Source: Antedon mediterranea (Eukaryota; Animalia; Echinodermata). From it: DNA of 64,000 nt. A program made the translations under genes and the position numbers. Positions within the stretch are counted from its first letter, which is position 1, and each line of letters begins with the position of its first letter. Of this stretch, positions 1 to 13,573 are shown piece by piece. The stretch is taken from NCBI RefSeq assembly GCF_964355755.1, contig NC_092672.1:38818437-38882436 (forward strand), read 5' to 3'. Below the pieces are notes generated by a model that was not told where the DNA came from, searched no databases, and saw only the letters and a list, made by a program, of their open reading frames with translations.

Positions 1-1620
1 TTTTATTGAAATAGCTCTAGGTTTGAATTTTTAGGGTAAAAGATGTCAATTTTGGATAAATTTACAGATTTTGCCATGTAAACTGTGCAAACTTTAAAAA
101 AACACCCCACAAACATCATCCAAACCACTTAATATTGAGTATACCACTACTAGAACTATAAAAGAGGACAATTTATGAAATAATTTTATTGAAATAGCTC
201 TAGGTTTGAATTTTTAGGGTAAAAAATGTCAATTTTGGATAAATTTACAGATTTTACCATGTAAACTGCGTAAACTTAATGCAAACTTTTAAAAAACACC
301 TACAAACATCATCCAAACAACTTAATATTGATTATACCACTACTAGAACTATAAAAGAGGACAATTTATGAAATAATTTTATTGAAATAGCTCTGGTTTG
401 AATTTTTAGGGTAAAAAATGTCAATTTTGGATAAATTTACAGATTTTGCCATGTAAACTGCGTAAACTTAATGCTAACTTAACAAAAACACCCCACAAAC
501 ATCATTCAAACAACTTAATATTGATTATATCACTACTAGAACTGTAAAAAAAGAGAATTTTTGAAATCAATTTATTGAAATAGCTCTGAAGTTTGACTTT
601 TTAGGGTGAAAAATGTCAATTTTGGATAAATTGACAGATTTTACCATGTAAACTGTGCAAACTTTAAAAAAAACACCCCACAAACATCATCCAAACAACT
701 TAATATTGATTATACCACTACTAGAACTATAAAAGAGGACAATTTATGAAATCATTTTATTAAAATAGTTCTAGGTATAAATTGACACATTTTACCATGT
801 AAACTGTGCAAACTTTTAAAAAACACCCCACAAACATCATCCAAACCACTTAATATTGATTATATCATTATTAGAACTATAAAAGAGGACAATTTATGAA
901 ATAATTTTATTGAAATGGCTCTAAGATTTTTTTAGGAGTGAAAAATGTCAATTTTGGATAATTGACAGATTTTACCATGTAAACTGCGTAAACTTAATTA
1001 AAAAATACCCCACAAACATCATTCAAACAATTGAATACTGATTATACCACTACTAGAACTATAAAAGAAGACAATTTATGAAATCATTTTATTAAAATAG
1101 TTCTAGGTTTGACATTTTTGGGGTGATTATGAAATAATTTTATTGAAATAGCTCTAGGAATAAATTGACACATTTTACCATGTAAACTGTGCAAACTTTT
1201 AAAAAACACCCCACAAACATCATCCAAACCACTTTGATTATATCATTATTAGAACCATAAAAAGAGGACAATTTATGAAATAATTTTATTGAAATGGCTC
1301 TAAGATTTTTTTAGGAGTGAAAAATGTCAATTTTGGATAATTGACAGATTTTACCATGTAAACTGCGTAAACTTAATTAAAAAATACCCCACAAACATCA
1401 TTCAAACAATTGAATACTGATTATACCATTACTAGAAATATAAAAGAAGACAATTTATAAAATCATTTTATTATTAAATAGCTCTAGGTTTGACATTTTT
1501 GGGGTAAAAAACCACTTAATATTGATTATCACTAAAACTATAAAAGAAGACAACTTATGAAATGATTTTATTGAAATAGGTCAAAGTTTGACCTTTTGGA
1601 TAAATTGAACTTTACAATGC
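1..1620. repeat. Degenerate ~180-195 bp tandem satellite (starts before the window)
   Basis: The motif ttttattgaaatagctctagg...aaacatcatccaaac...actagaactataaaagaggacaatttatgaaa recurs at 1, 184, 377, ~571 and onward, with indels. Confidence 0.9.
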
Positions 1621-2300
1621 AAAAAAGGCCATCTGCAATCATCCTTCAAACCACTTATTATATTAAGACAATATTAATATTTGAAGCAGATATAAAATGA
1701 TGCATGCTCAGTTATCAAATGACTAGGCCTACACTGATCATATTTGATATTGGTATATAGACAATTAATATTAATTATTGTTGAGGTAGTTCAAACTATG
1801 ATTACACTGATCATATCCAAAATTGTGATATAGAATATTATTAATAGTTATGGAAAAGATAGATATTAAAAAACTAAACAGATCATATCCAACAGTTTGA
1901 TATAGATTATTAATATTAATTAATGATGATGCAGATATTAAAAGATTTTTGCTCAGTTATCAATTTATGACTACACTGATCATATCCAACTATGTGATAT
2001 AGATTATTAATAATAATTATTGATGAAATAGATATTGAAAGATGCATGCTCAGTTATCAAATTATGACTACACTAATCATATCCAACATTGTGATATAGA
2101 TTATTAATGATAATTATTGATGAGGTAGATATTAAAAGATGCATGCTCAGTTATCAAACTATGACTACACTGATCATATCCAACATTGTGATATAGGATA
2201 TTATTAATAGTTATTGATAAGGTAGATATTAAAAAACCAAACAGATCATATCCAACAGTGTAATATAGATTATTAATATTAATTATTAATGAGGTAGATA

Positions 2301-2644
2301 TTCTTCTTCTTTATTGTATCAAACAAAAACAATTTCAATACAAAAGGTAGCCAAGGTATAGCCGAAGCTAATCAAGCTTGGTACCTTTTATCTTAAACTA
2401 ACTTAAGCTACGAAATTAACAAATGAATAACAGAACTTAAAAGAAAATAAAAATTTGATAACGTCAAAAACCAAACAAAAAATGTTGAATAATAAATAAA
2501 TAACATAACATAAAGTGCTGTATGTACTATGCTGTAATAAACAAAACCATATCAGTTCAATAGATAATATCTGATGAATTCACAATATATAAAACATTGT
2601 AAATTATAGATTATTCTTTTATATACTTAAATAAAAGTAATTCT
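2301..2644 (-). mobile_element. Dispersed repeat, probable 3' end of a LINE (5'-truncated insertion)
   Basis: A near-identical copy lies at ~37946-38295. On the minus strand it ends in AATAAA plus (GAA)n, preceded by the hairpin aaaaggtagccaag...cttggtacctttt. It splits a satellite unit at gatatt|aaagatg. Confidence 0.7.
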
Positions 2645-2910
2645 AAAGATGTATGCTCAGTTATCAAATTATGACTACACTGATCATATCCAACAATGTG
2701 ATATAAATTATTAATAATAATTATTGATGAGGTAGATATTAAAAGATGCGTGCTCAGTTATCAAATTCTGACTACACTGATCATTATCGAACAATGTGAT
2801 ATAAGATATTAATAATAATTATTGATGAGGTAGATATTAAAAGATGCGTGCTCAGTTATCAAATTCTGACTACACTGATCATATCCAACGTGATATAATA
2901 TATTATTAAT

Positions 2911-3852
2911 ATTACATAGCCTATGTAAATACGCGAACGTGATTGGTTGAAACTGCATCACATGACTACCGCTGCGAGGATCGTAAATCGTATATATCCT
3001 CGAGAACGATGATATTGACTGTGTAATTTTCGCGTAATAATCGTGTCCCCTGTCATTAATCATATAAATTCTCGAGTACGATGATATTGACTGTGTAATT
3101 TTCGTGTGCAACACTCGAGTTTGCCGATAAATAAACAAAAGTCATCTACTCGATCTTGAACTCGGGTGGAATTGTCACTCCATCGCAAGACAACGTTTCA
3201 TCCGCTGGGCCACGGAATTTGCTTGAAGATATTAATCTTCTAAACTATTTAAGCTATGCATACATAGCGCCCTCATTTGTTATAAGTCCACCCTAAATGT
3301 GATGAAACACCGTTTGTGATTGGTCAATACTCACGGTAGTAACCTAGTAACTAGTACGCGCTGAACATCCGGTGATTCGGCTCCTCGAAGATCGAGTGAA
3401 GACGAATTGTTTATTCGGCCTACCTGATTATAATATTATTATTAATAGGCTTATTGATGGAAATTCTTCTGTTAATTTAAACGACCTAGGCCTAAGTGAA
3501 TATTTTATTGCCAAGGAATCATCAATTAGTAATTATCTGTATATTATTCTTCGCAAGGTAAGGTGTCTAGGCAGGCTTGTTTTAAATACAATACAAATAC
3601 TATAGGAGGCCTAGCCTAGCTTCACCCAACCCAGCAGACTTGTTCTTGGCTATATAATATAACAGATATTGCCTTTTATATCGGTTAAATATAAGATTTG
3701 ACATCCCCTCGGGAATGATATTAAGTTCTCGGGGAATATATATTTCCCTCAGCTGGCGCTTCGGGAAATATATATTCCCTCGAACTTAATATCATTCCCT
3801 CGGGGATGTCAAATCTTATATTTAACCTCTAAGCAGTCAATATCTGTATAAT
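2911..3852 (+). mobile_element. Non-autonomous element with a ~190 bp terminal palindrome (Crypton-like architecture, tentative)
   Basis: It interrupts the 84-bp satellite. Bases 3662-3850 form a long imperfect hairpin (acagatattg..ggttaaatataagatttgacatcccc / ggggatgtcaaatcttatatttaacc..caatatctgt). The other end carries a tgattgg...tcacatg motif shared with the element at 57320-58237. Confidence 0.6.
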
Positions 3853-6371
3853 AGTTATTGATAAGGTATATATTAAAAAACTAAACAGATCATATCCAAC
3901 AATGTGATATAGGTTATTAATATTAATTAATGATGATGTAGATATTAAAAGATTATTGCTCAGTTATCAAATTATGACTACACTGATCATAACCAACAAT
4001 GTGATATAGATTATTAATAATAATTATTGATGAAATAGATATTGAAAGATGGGTGCTCAGTTATAAAATTATGACTACACTGATCATATCCAACATTGTG
4101 ATATAGGATATTATTAATAGTTATTGATAAGGTATATTAAAAGATGCGTGCTGTTATTAAATTATGACTACACTGATCATATCGAACAATGTGATATAGA
4201 TTATTAATATTAATTATTGATGAGGTAGATATTAAAAGATGCGTGCTCAGTTATCAAATTATGACTACAATGATCATATCCAACAATGTGATATAAATTA
4301 TTAATAATAATTATTGATGAAGGAAATAGATATTGAAAGATGTGTGCTCAGTTATCAAATTATGACTACACTAATCATATCCAACATTGTGATATAGGAT
4401 ATTATTAATAGTCATTGATAAGGTATATATTAAAAGATGCGTGCTCAGTTATCAAATTCTGACTACACTGATCATATCGAACAATGTGATATATTATGAT
4501 ATTAATATTAATTATTGATGAGGTAGATATTAAAAGATGCGTGCTCAGTTATCAAATTATGACTAACACTGATCATATCCTACATTGTGATATAGGACAT
4601 TATTAATAGTTATTGATAAGGTAGTTATTAAAAGATGTGTGCTCAGTTATCAAATTTTGACTACAAAGATCATATCCAACATTGTGATGTAGATTTATAT
4701 TAATATTAATTATTGATGATGTAGATATTATAAGATGCATGCTAAGTTATCAAATTGTTACTACACGGATCATATTTGATATTGTGATTGATGATATATT
4801 CATATAAAGAGTGTACAATACTCACAGTATTTTTTAATCCATCCACATGAAGAAGAGACACAAGAAGAGTTGTTTGAAATTGTGAAGCCTCACAACCTTA
4901 CTAATTGTGATGACATTTAATATAATATTACAGCCATACACAAACAGTAAGGTAGTTAGGGTCACTACAATCTATTAAAATAATTAACATTAATTTAACT
5001 GGAAACATTGTTAATTATCAGTTTGAGTTTGACTTTTGTCTCTTTTGTTGTAGAATTGAATCTCTGTTTATCCATTGCTTTCAACCTGAAAATAAACAGG
5101 CCTAATACCTTGGCATTAGCAATGAAATCAACTTACACACTGATGAATCTTAATACTCCTACCTACCTATCTAATATTTTATATAGATAGGCTGTCTATG
5201 ACCCCCCAGCCTATCCCTAGCTAGGCCTATGCCTCTCTAGACCATTCTGCTGGCTAGCTAGCAAGGCCCTAGGCCTAGTCCTATAATTAATAGCACAGGT
5301 CTCATATAGATAGGCCTAGCTAGAGTGTTTAGACTGAGCCTGGTTATATGCCTATTTATTTAACTAGGACTAGGCAGGCCTAATCAGCCTAAACTAAGGC
5401 CTAATAAACTAGTCTAGGCCCTAACTAGAATACATAGAGCTAGCTAGTTAGGCAGCCTAGGCCTAGCTACTTATTAGCTAGTAAGTAGGCCTAGCTAGCT
5501 AGCCTACCAGTTCCCTAGTAGGGCCTAACCAGGTGGGCCTACTAGCCTAGCCTACTACTCTAGCTAGGCTAGGCCTAGATCTTTCTATTTCTAGGCCTAG
5601 CTAGACAAGGCTAGCCATAGTAGGCCTAGTAGTACTAGGCCTACCTAGTTTTTAGGCCTAAACTATTAGCTAGAGTAGAGAGATGCTAGCCTAACTAGGC
5701 CTAGGCCCTAGCTAGCTAGCTAGGCCTAGACTAGGCTAGCCTACAGGCTATAGCCTAGGCCTGCCCTCTAGGCCTAATCTGCCCTTTTTGGAGGCTAAAA
5801 TATTGTCTGAAATAAGCTATGACCTACAAATATAGCTTAACTATCTGTTTAAGGGTGACACTGATGATGGGTAATCAATAAAATATGCTTCTAAATCTAC
5901 CTTTTTGGCTTGCAATCATAATATCCAGTCTAGCCTAGGCCTAGGCCTGCACGGATCAGGTAGCGAAACGAACGAAGTGAGAGCAGAGAGCTGAGGAGGA
6001 GGAGGCCTCCTCCTCGGCCTAGGTTTCAGGCAGAAAAGAACATCTTGAGTTTGTGTAATTATATATCTATTTATAGTTATTTTAAAATATATCCCTAACA
6101 TTTAAAAAATTATATATATTACTGACAATTAATTCTAAGAATGATACTCTATCTAATGATAAAATCAATTAAATGTATTTTCCGTACGAAATTAATTATA
6201 TACGAGGATGGCATAAGTGATAGTTCTCTGTTATCAAAAAACAACTACATACTATACCTGCCTTGCTGGCTCGCACTCTTAGGCAGCAACACAATACTCA
6301 AGTGCGCAGTGTGATATGAGAGCAAACATGCTGTTAACTTGGTTGAGATCTGTATTTTAAAAGAAAAAGAG

Positions 6372-9300
6372 ATGGATGGGCCTAGTAGTGAAGAATCACA
6401 AGATGTAAGTTTTATTCAATGAATACTTTTAGAGAATGTATTGGGCTAATTTTTGACAAATATAATGGTTCAAGAAACCATTTTATCCTAGCCACTACTA
6501 ACTAAACTACCTAGCTAGGCCTAGCAGCTAGCTAGGGTGCCTTGGCTCGGCCCGTACTACTAGCAAAGAACTTATAACACAAGAATCTCCTGTTCTTCAA
6601 TTTGCATTCAAAACACAGTATCGGAAGTACAGGGTTAAAAGGTCAAACTGGGCGACGCCATTTCACAGCATGGGAGCAGCGCCCCCTCCAAACTAGGAAG
6701 TCAATTACTCTACCCCTCTATGATTTTGACTTTCTAATTTGATGCGGGCGCCCTACTCCTCAGTCAATTACTCTATCCCCCCTAGAGCATTAGCAGATCC
6801 CCTCTATGATTTTGACTTTCTAATTTGATGCGGGCGCCCTACTCCATGGCTCACAATGGCGCCACCCATAGCTCTATTCTATCCCACAATGCCTTTCGAA
6901 ATTGTTACGCGCTTCGGACGAACAAGAGATTCTTGTGTTATAAGTTCTTTGCTACTAGCTTGCAAGTTAACGGGTATGGAACGCCAATGTAGCAACAAAA
7001 GTATTAAAACATTTTTTTTTGTAGGAGGAACGGCAAGTGTTGCTATCGATCTACGAGGGTGATGACAATTTCAAGGAGTTAACTCCAACCACATTTCAAT
7101 ATTTGGTATTATTATTATTATTATTATTATTACTTGTATAGCGCACATTTATTACAACATTTAATTATAATCAGCGGCGCTTCACATCAATTAGTATCGT
7201 AACATTCTTTGAAATATAGTGCTTTTAAATGTTTTTTAAACTGATTATAGTCGTCTAAGTGCTTAATGTGACTTGGTAATCTGTTCCAAATTTTGGGTCC
7301 TGCTACGGCGAACGAACGGTCAACAAATGTCTTTCGTTTAGTTCGTGGGGTTGTCAGGTTATAATTGCTGGTGCTTACTGCGAGAAACATTCCGCACAGT
7401 AAGAATATCTCTCAGGTAACTTGGAGCGGAACCTTAATGCGAACGCCATACAAGACACGCTATTTTGAATTGATATCTATGAGACATCGGAAGCCAGTGC
7501 AAGGATCGCATATTATACAAATTAATTACGCCGTGGTATAGGATTCAACTGCCCACCGTTAGGGAATCCGACACGCTATTGCGCATGCCCAAAGCTCTGG
7601 GAAGTGAATTATAGCTTGCACTATTATAGTGCCACACACCACAGCACCGAGAGTCGGAGTGTTATCGGGATTTACTGTAGCCTAGTTAGTCGTTGCACAA
7701 GCGAGAGAGCGATGGATGATTGGCCTAGGCCATACATGAATAAATAATTAAAATACGACTACGCCACGCGTTAAAATAATTATTATGATATTAATAATAA
7801 TCAGTATCTATCTAAGAATCGTAATGCTGTAATTAGCGTTGCGACCCCGACTTCAGTTTTTTCACATCCACACGGTGGCCGCAGTCAACAAATCAACTTT
7901 TGATTGCATGTTGTTATGTACAGTATAATGCGTTATATGAAATCTTTTATTTTGTACTTGAAAAATCATAACACTAGTCATGTAATTATATAATTCATAA
8001 TTATATGAAGTTTATAATATGAATGAAGCAACCACTTTTTAATTACAAAATAAATAGGCCCACTGGTCACGTCTAACTGGTAGGCCTGCCTAGTATTTAC
8101 TATTAGTGGATCCCGTATTAGTAGTAGGCATCTAGGCTAGTATAGTTCGCTGTGGCGCAGCTATGAAATGACCCATCGCAGTTGATTAGTATAGAGTCGC
8201 CAATTACCTCGCTCTGGGCATGCGCAATAGCGTGTCGGATTCCCTAACGCTGGGCAGTTGAGTTCCGGTGCCGGAATCCTAACCACGGCGAAAATTATAA
8301 GTGTGAAATGAGCAGATTATTTTCATGTGTATAATTAATAGATTAAACCTGTTCCCATTTTATTGTCATTTGGCAGTTGAAGAGTGATTGCACTGAATTT
8401 TAGTTTAATCTGGATTGCCTTTGTTTCTCTTTGCCATTTTAATGTCACATAATAGTTATTCACTTTGATGAAAACAAAGGGAGTGGGTGGGGGAAGGGAG
8501 CGATACATCTTTTATACAAATTCATAAGTAAAATTGTTTTTTCCACTATCCAGTATGTATATAAAAACATTTTTTTAATGTATATTTGATTATAATTTAA
8601 AAATAACCATACTTCTCTTCAGGTTGGAGATACAGGTCATTTTAAATCATTTTTATTAGAAATTGTCTGGGGAGAAAAGTATCCAACAGAAATGCCAAAT
8701 ATCAATTTAGATGCATTCTATAATAATCATATGTAAGTCAACATTTCTCTTGTGCACATGTATTTAAGGGGTATCAGGGGTTTGTATTCATATGCTATAT
8801 TTCCAACAATTCTATAGCTGCTATATCTGTATTGTAGATTTGTATACTATGTATTGAAGACATGCCAACCATGAAGGTATTTTGCCAACCATGGAGGTAT
8901 TTTGCCAACCATGGAGGTATTTTGCCAACTTACCCAACCCACCAATTCTGAAAATTCTTCTACTAAAAATGCTAGTTTGGTAGTCCTATGGGGGTTAGCA
9001 GGTTGTATACTGTCAATGATTTAACAATTTGTAACACATGGTTTTTTTGTTTACAGTTGATTTGTAAGGCAAGAAAGTTGCCCAAAATGATTTATCCTAG
9101 CAAGTTATACCATAAATATATTTTAGAAACTTTTTACCCACATTACCTTAGGTGATATGTACTAATGGATTCATATTGTATTATAATTGTACTGGGGACG
9201 TGTAGATGTGTAGAAGTAAAATGGGTTAGGGTTTAACAGTGATATGTACTAGTAAGTAATACTATCCCTAATATTGTATTTTGAATACTTTTACTGGTGT

Positions 9301-12300
9301 AGATGTGCAGAAGTAAAATGCAATGTTGTAATGAAGATTAATGAGGAGGGAGAGCAGTGGTTAGAAAGTGCAATGACCTATACATTATTTGAATGGGCCA
9401 AGGAAAATGCTGATGTACTCATGACAAATCAAGTTGAGCAGGTCATCCAGTCAAGGGTATTTACACACTTATTTAAATTTTAACTGTCATTTTTTTTAAA
9501 CAAAATCTGAATTTATGGATGTGTTTTTTTACTATTTTTACCATCTTATTAAGTGTTTTGTATTTGTTGTCTTTTTTTGGCTTGCATATGCTTGTTCCTC
9601 AAAGCTGTGACCTGGGAGTTTGTTACATTCTTATGTTTTTATTTTCCACACAGATTCACCATTATATTCACTTCAGTTCTCATCACCAATCTCTTTATGA
9701 ACAGGAAGACAAGTAGGGTCTATCATAGACTAACATAAAGAATATGCTTTTTCTAAGCTCTGTTCTATTGCTATAAATGAAGTATTGTTTTATATTACTA
9801 GAATGCAAGTGATGCAACTACAGAAGTGCAACAAACAAAGAAAATAAAAGAAAAGAAAGAACATATGTCCAAAGCACAGAAGAGAAAATTAGCAGATAAA
9901 ACAGGTATGTAATTCTTACAAAAAATGTAACTAACATGTTAACATATAATTGCACTTATTTATGTATATCATTTATGTATAGTTTAACATTGTTTCTAAA
10001 TAATCAATGTTTACACCATAAACCTTAATGTTAGATAGTTGGCTACTGCATCATTGATTCTTTGTTTAGATTTTAAAGGCGAAAAGCCAAGAGGTTGGAA
10101 CTGGGTTGACATTGTAAAGGTAAGGTACATTTTTTTCTACTTGTGAGTGGTATGTTCTTATTCCTTGAAACAACCAAACTACCAAAAGTGATTTGTTTTC
10201 ATGTAAATAATAAAATTATGAATTGTAACTAAGTTAAACTTTTCCCCAGTTCTTGGCTATACAGTAGGATTTGCATTATGAATTGTAACTAAGTTAAACT
10301 TTTGCCCAGTTCTTGGCTATACAGTAGGATTTGCATTATGAATTGTAACTAAGTTAAACTTTTGACCAGTTCTTGGCTATACAGTAGGATTTGCATTTAC
10401 CCTGCAATTTAGGTATACAATGCCAGATGAGATGATGTCATCAATTTTTTTTTTTATTTAATTAAAATTATTTAAACATTGCACATCTGTCAGGGGTCAA
10501 CCTGTCGCTTTGGGTCAGGGGTCAACCTGTAGCTTTGGGTCAGGGTCAACCTGTAGCTTTGGGTCAGGGGTGAACCTGTAGCTTTGGGTTAGGGGTCAAC
10601 CTGTAGCTTTGGGTCAGGGGTCAACCTGTCAACCTGTAGCTTTGGGTCCTGTACACTACTAGGCTCGCGCTAACCGCTCGCCAATTCGCCAATGGCGACT
10701 GGAGTCTCCATTTGGCGAAAATAATTATTGCCTCGTTCGCCAAATTGGCGAAAATACATTTCCAAGCCTAGGCCTAGCCTGGTCGGCGTGACTTCTTATG
10801 GGGGCGAGAATTCGCCACACTTCGGTACTTTCTGACTCGAGTACACTTTTTACCACAACAGCATTTTATGTGACGACGTCACGATCGCCGTGTTCATTTT
10901 TTTAGTTCTGTTTAAACAGAGCGTGCCTCGATGACGTTTTAATGACACACAGTTAATGTGATTGGTTCGTGGCCGGTCGTCGTCGACGTGATGATGAGCG
11001 AATAAAAGGGGAAGTCCCTATTCTTCGACGTAGAAAATGAACTTCGAGAAGAAAATGTAAACAGAAACATGTGGACGAATACTTCCGTAAACGAGGCTGT
11101 TCTGTTATTTAAAAAGGGGAATTTTAAATTTAACAAAGTAATTACCTCAATAGTATAATGTTAACATGTTTAATTTTATTTCCCTTTCGATTATTCTAAC
11201 CGAAAGTTGCGCTTTAAATTGAATAGCTAAGAAACAACGTATACTACAACGGCAACCCTGGCCAAAGCGCGTTTCGGCCGCCTACATAGAATGGGTTACG
11301 GCCGCTGCATAGCAAATTCAAAGCTTCTTAAATTTCTGTGGTACATTTCTTCCTAACGTACTTGTTTTATATAATAGATTGATAAATATTCCACTTATTA
11401 AATAATTTAATAAATCGGTAAAATTGACGTTTCGAAGCAAGTATTCCATGATGAGAGGCGACATTTTTCGACATGCCTCGTGTGCGGCGAATACTAGTTC
11501 AGAAAATGGAACAGTCCACTGTGCGGGGGTTATCCAATCATTAATTAACGCGCTAATACCTAGGCGACGGTAATTTAGTAATAAGCGGAGAACTGAATCC
11601 CCTGTAAGGAAAATGGTAAACACTGATATTTATGGTAGGGATTATTTTTTTCAGTGGTTGGTCTTGTTGGCTTCTTCGCACCAGGTCCACGCAAAGTCAA
11701 ATAAAACGATGTGGTTTATCAAACAGAAATATAAATTAGCTTTAATTCATTACTAAATTAGCCAGATTTTGATAATGAGAAAGGCTAAAAAATTGTTATC
11801 GTTAAAATTGACATATGAGGCGGATGTACATAATAATAATAACCGATTTACATATCAAAATAAAGAGTATTTAAAGCCTGATAACATGCAACAAAAATTA
11901 CTCCACCACCTATTATGGACCTCGTGCGATCGGGTGCGAAAATGGGTAGGTGTTTTCCAAAGTTATTTTTAGCGCGCAGATTTCGGCTCGCCGGCTTTTG
12001 TACCTCATTTTTAACTCGTGTTTTCTATTAAAATATTTAATAAACATAGATTAAAAATATATAAAAATAATCCCTTAAACAAGATCTTTCCAGGCATATA
12101 ATTTTTATTCTCATGGGTACATAAGAAATAGTATATTTTTAACTTCAAAGACACGTCACTTTTTGAAATTTCACGAACGTGTTAAAATCGCGGTAACGAA
12201 AATCAGCTTCATTGGGATAAATAATAATAATATAAATGTAAAAGAAGTAAAATAACAAACAAATACATGCATTATTTATTTAATAAACATTTTTGCGAAT

Positions 12301-12805
12301 TTTTATGGTTTTTTAAATTTGGCTAAAGGATTTTCAATTTGGCTAATGTTTTTCAAAACCTTTCGCCATTTTGGCGAACGAAAATTTGACCTTAGCGCGA
12401 GCGTAGCACTATGTAGATTCTACTGTACTGCCATAGACTGTGAAACACATTTGAATGCAACAAATAAATATAATAGTTACTATTAGTAAACATTTCTCTT
12501 TTATTTATTTGTTTTATTGGTACTTCTACAAATTGAATACTGTAGCATGTAAGTAACCTTGTTTTATACGGTTATAATATATTCATCATCTATTTCAATA
12601 CCTCAATTTAATAAATTTAAATATTGTATACATAGTGGTGTTTGAAATACATTTTGATTTATTCTTGAACACATATTTATTATTATTAATCTATTGTAAT
12701 CAGTATTCATGTAATAATAATTTAAATTATAACTATTTCCAATTTTTATTTAAATTTATTATTTTTCAGCTTTCAAAAACTGGAAAATCGCACGGTGATG
12801 TCTAA
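6372..12805 (+). CDS. RWDD4: RWD domain-containing protein 4, 8 coding exons
   Basis: Exons 6372-6404, 7025-7105, 8623-8732, 9303-9456, 9802-9904, 10070-10119, 12546-12548 and 12770-12805 are all GT-AG and phase-compatible. Translation includes LLSIYEGDDNFKEL, FLLEIVWGEKYP, AMTYTLFEWAKEN, MSKAQKRKLADKT and PRGWNWVDIVKHLSKTG, matching the RWDD4 sequence as I recall it. Confidence 0.95.
6564..6951. mobile_element. MITE, P-superfamily-like
   Basis: Perfect 26-bp TIR CAAAGAACTTATAACACAAGAATCTC, 7-bp TSD ctactag (6557-6563 and 6952-6958), and an internal duplication at ~6700-6845. Confidence 0.85.
7108..7500 (-). mobile_element. L2/CR1-group LINE 3' fragment
   Basis: The minus-strand peptide RSFAVAGPKIWNRLPSHIK...FKKHLKALYF resembles an ORF2 C-terminus. 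It is followed by a short 3'UTR and a (TAA)n tail at 7108-7132. Confidence 0.85.
7529..8290. mobile_element. Non-autonomous DNA transposon with ~70 bp TIRs
   Basis: cgccgtgg..caactgcccaccgttagggaatccgacacgctattgcgcatgccca is the inverse of tgggcatgcgcaatagcgtgtcggattccctaacgctgggcagttg..ccacggcg. The TSD is unclear. Confidence 0.8.
10216..10397. repeat. 60-bp tandem repeat x3
   Basis: attatgaattgtaactaagttaaacttttgcccagttcttggctatacagtaggatttgc occurs three times. Confidence 0.95.
10489..10648. repeat. 25-bp tandem repeat, ~6 copies
   Basis: Units of gggtcaggggtcaacctgtagcttt. Confidence 0.9.
10660..12405. mobile_element. Non-autonomous hAT-like element
   Basis: TIR TAGGCTCGCGCTAA / TTAGCGCGAGCGTA, subterminal tcgcca/tggcga motifs at both ends, and imperfect flanking repeat acactac/gcactat. 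No transposase ORF. Confidence 0.7.
12546..12548 (+). CDS. RWDD4: 3-nt microexon (His) of RWDD4
   Basis: ctgtag|CAT|gtaagt has a consensus donor and an upstream T-rich tract. It supplies the H of VK-H-LSKTG that neither flanking exon encodes. Confidence 0.8.
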
Positions 12806-13573
12806 TTTGTAATTGACAAGCATCAGGAGTCATTGGATTTGGCTTCTGTACCCTGGAGAACTGACAGTAATAATATGCATCATGACAAATATATTAAAGT
12901 ATCCAGAGCATAAAATCCCACTTTTGGTGATTAAAAGCTTTCTATGTGGAATATCTGAAATGCATCAAGACAAACAATATTATTTTGGATTCTTAATTAT
13001 AGATACAGTATTTAGTTAGTGGGTCCAGAACACTGTTTTACTCAACACAATTCTATAGACTGCAAACCCAAAAAAATGTGTTTTTTAGCATAAATTGCAG
13101 TTAGTACTTCAGGTTTAGTTCATTTGGACAAAGTTTGCATTACAAATTATTAATATGAATATATCTTTCATTAATACCAAGTTTTATGAATAGCCATATA
13201 TATAGCCATATATATATAGCCATATATTTTTATACTGAAAACTGGAGGAATTTAATTCTTGGGTGTTTTAATTTCTTTTGAGTATCAGTTGGTGGGAATT
13301 CTTCACATATGACTTCATGATTCACTAGTATTAGTAATTTGTTGTTTGCAAATAGCATTAAACTATCAATTCAGTATAATTTCTCAGAAGTACATTAATC
13401 ATTTAGTGGCGGTTTCATCGCTGTTGGTTGTCAACTGAATAAAATATATAAAATTACTTTTTTTTTGGTCTTTTAACGCTGTGAGACATCCGTAAATAGC
13501 ACTTTATAAAAGATTATTATTATTATTACTAAATATTACAACAGCCTGTAAATAAATTGTAAATTAATTGAAT

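Larger units (their letters stand above)
1690..4790. repeat. ~84 bp tandem minisatellite interrupted by two insertions
   Basis: The unit aaagatgcgtgctcagttatcaaattatgactacactgatcatatccaacattgtgatatagattattaat...gaggtagatatt repeats over 1690-2300, 2645-2910 and 3853-4790. Confidence 0.9.
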
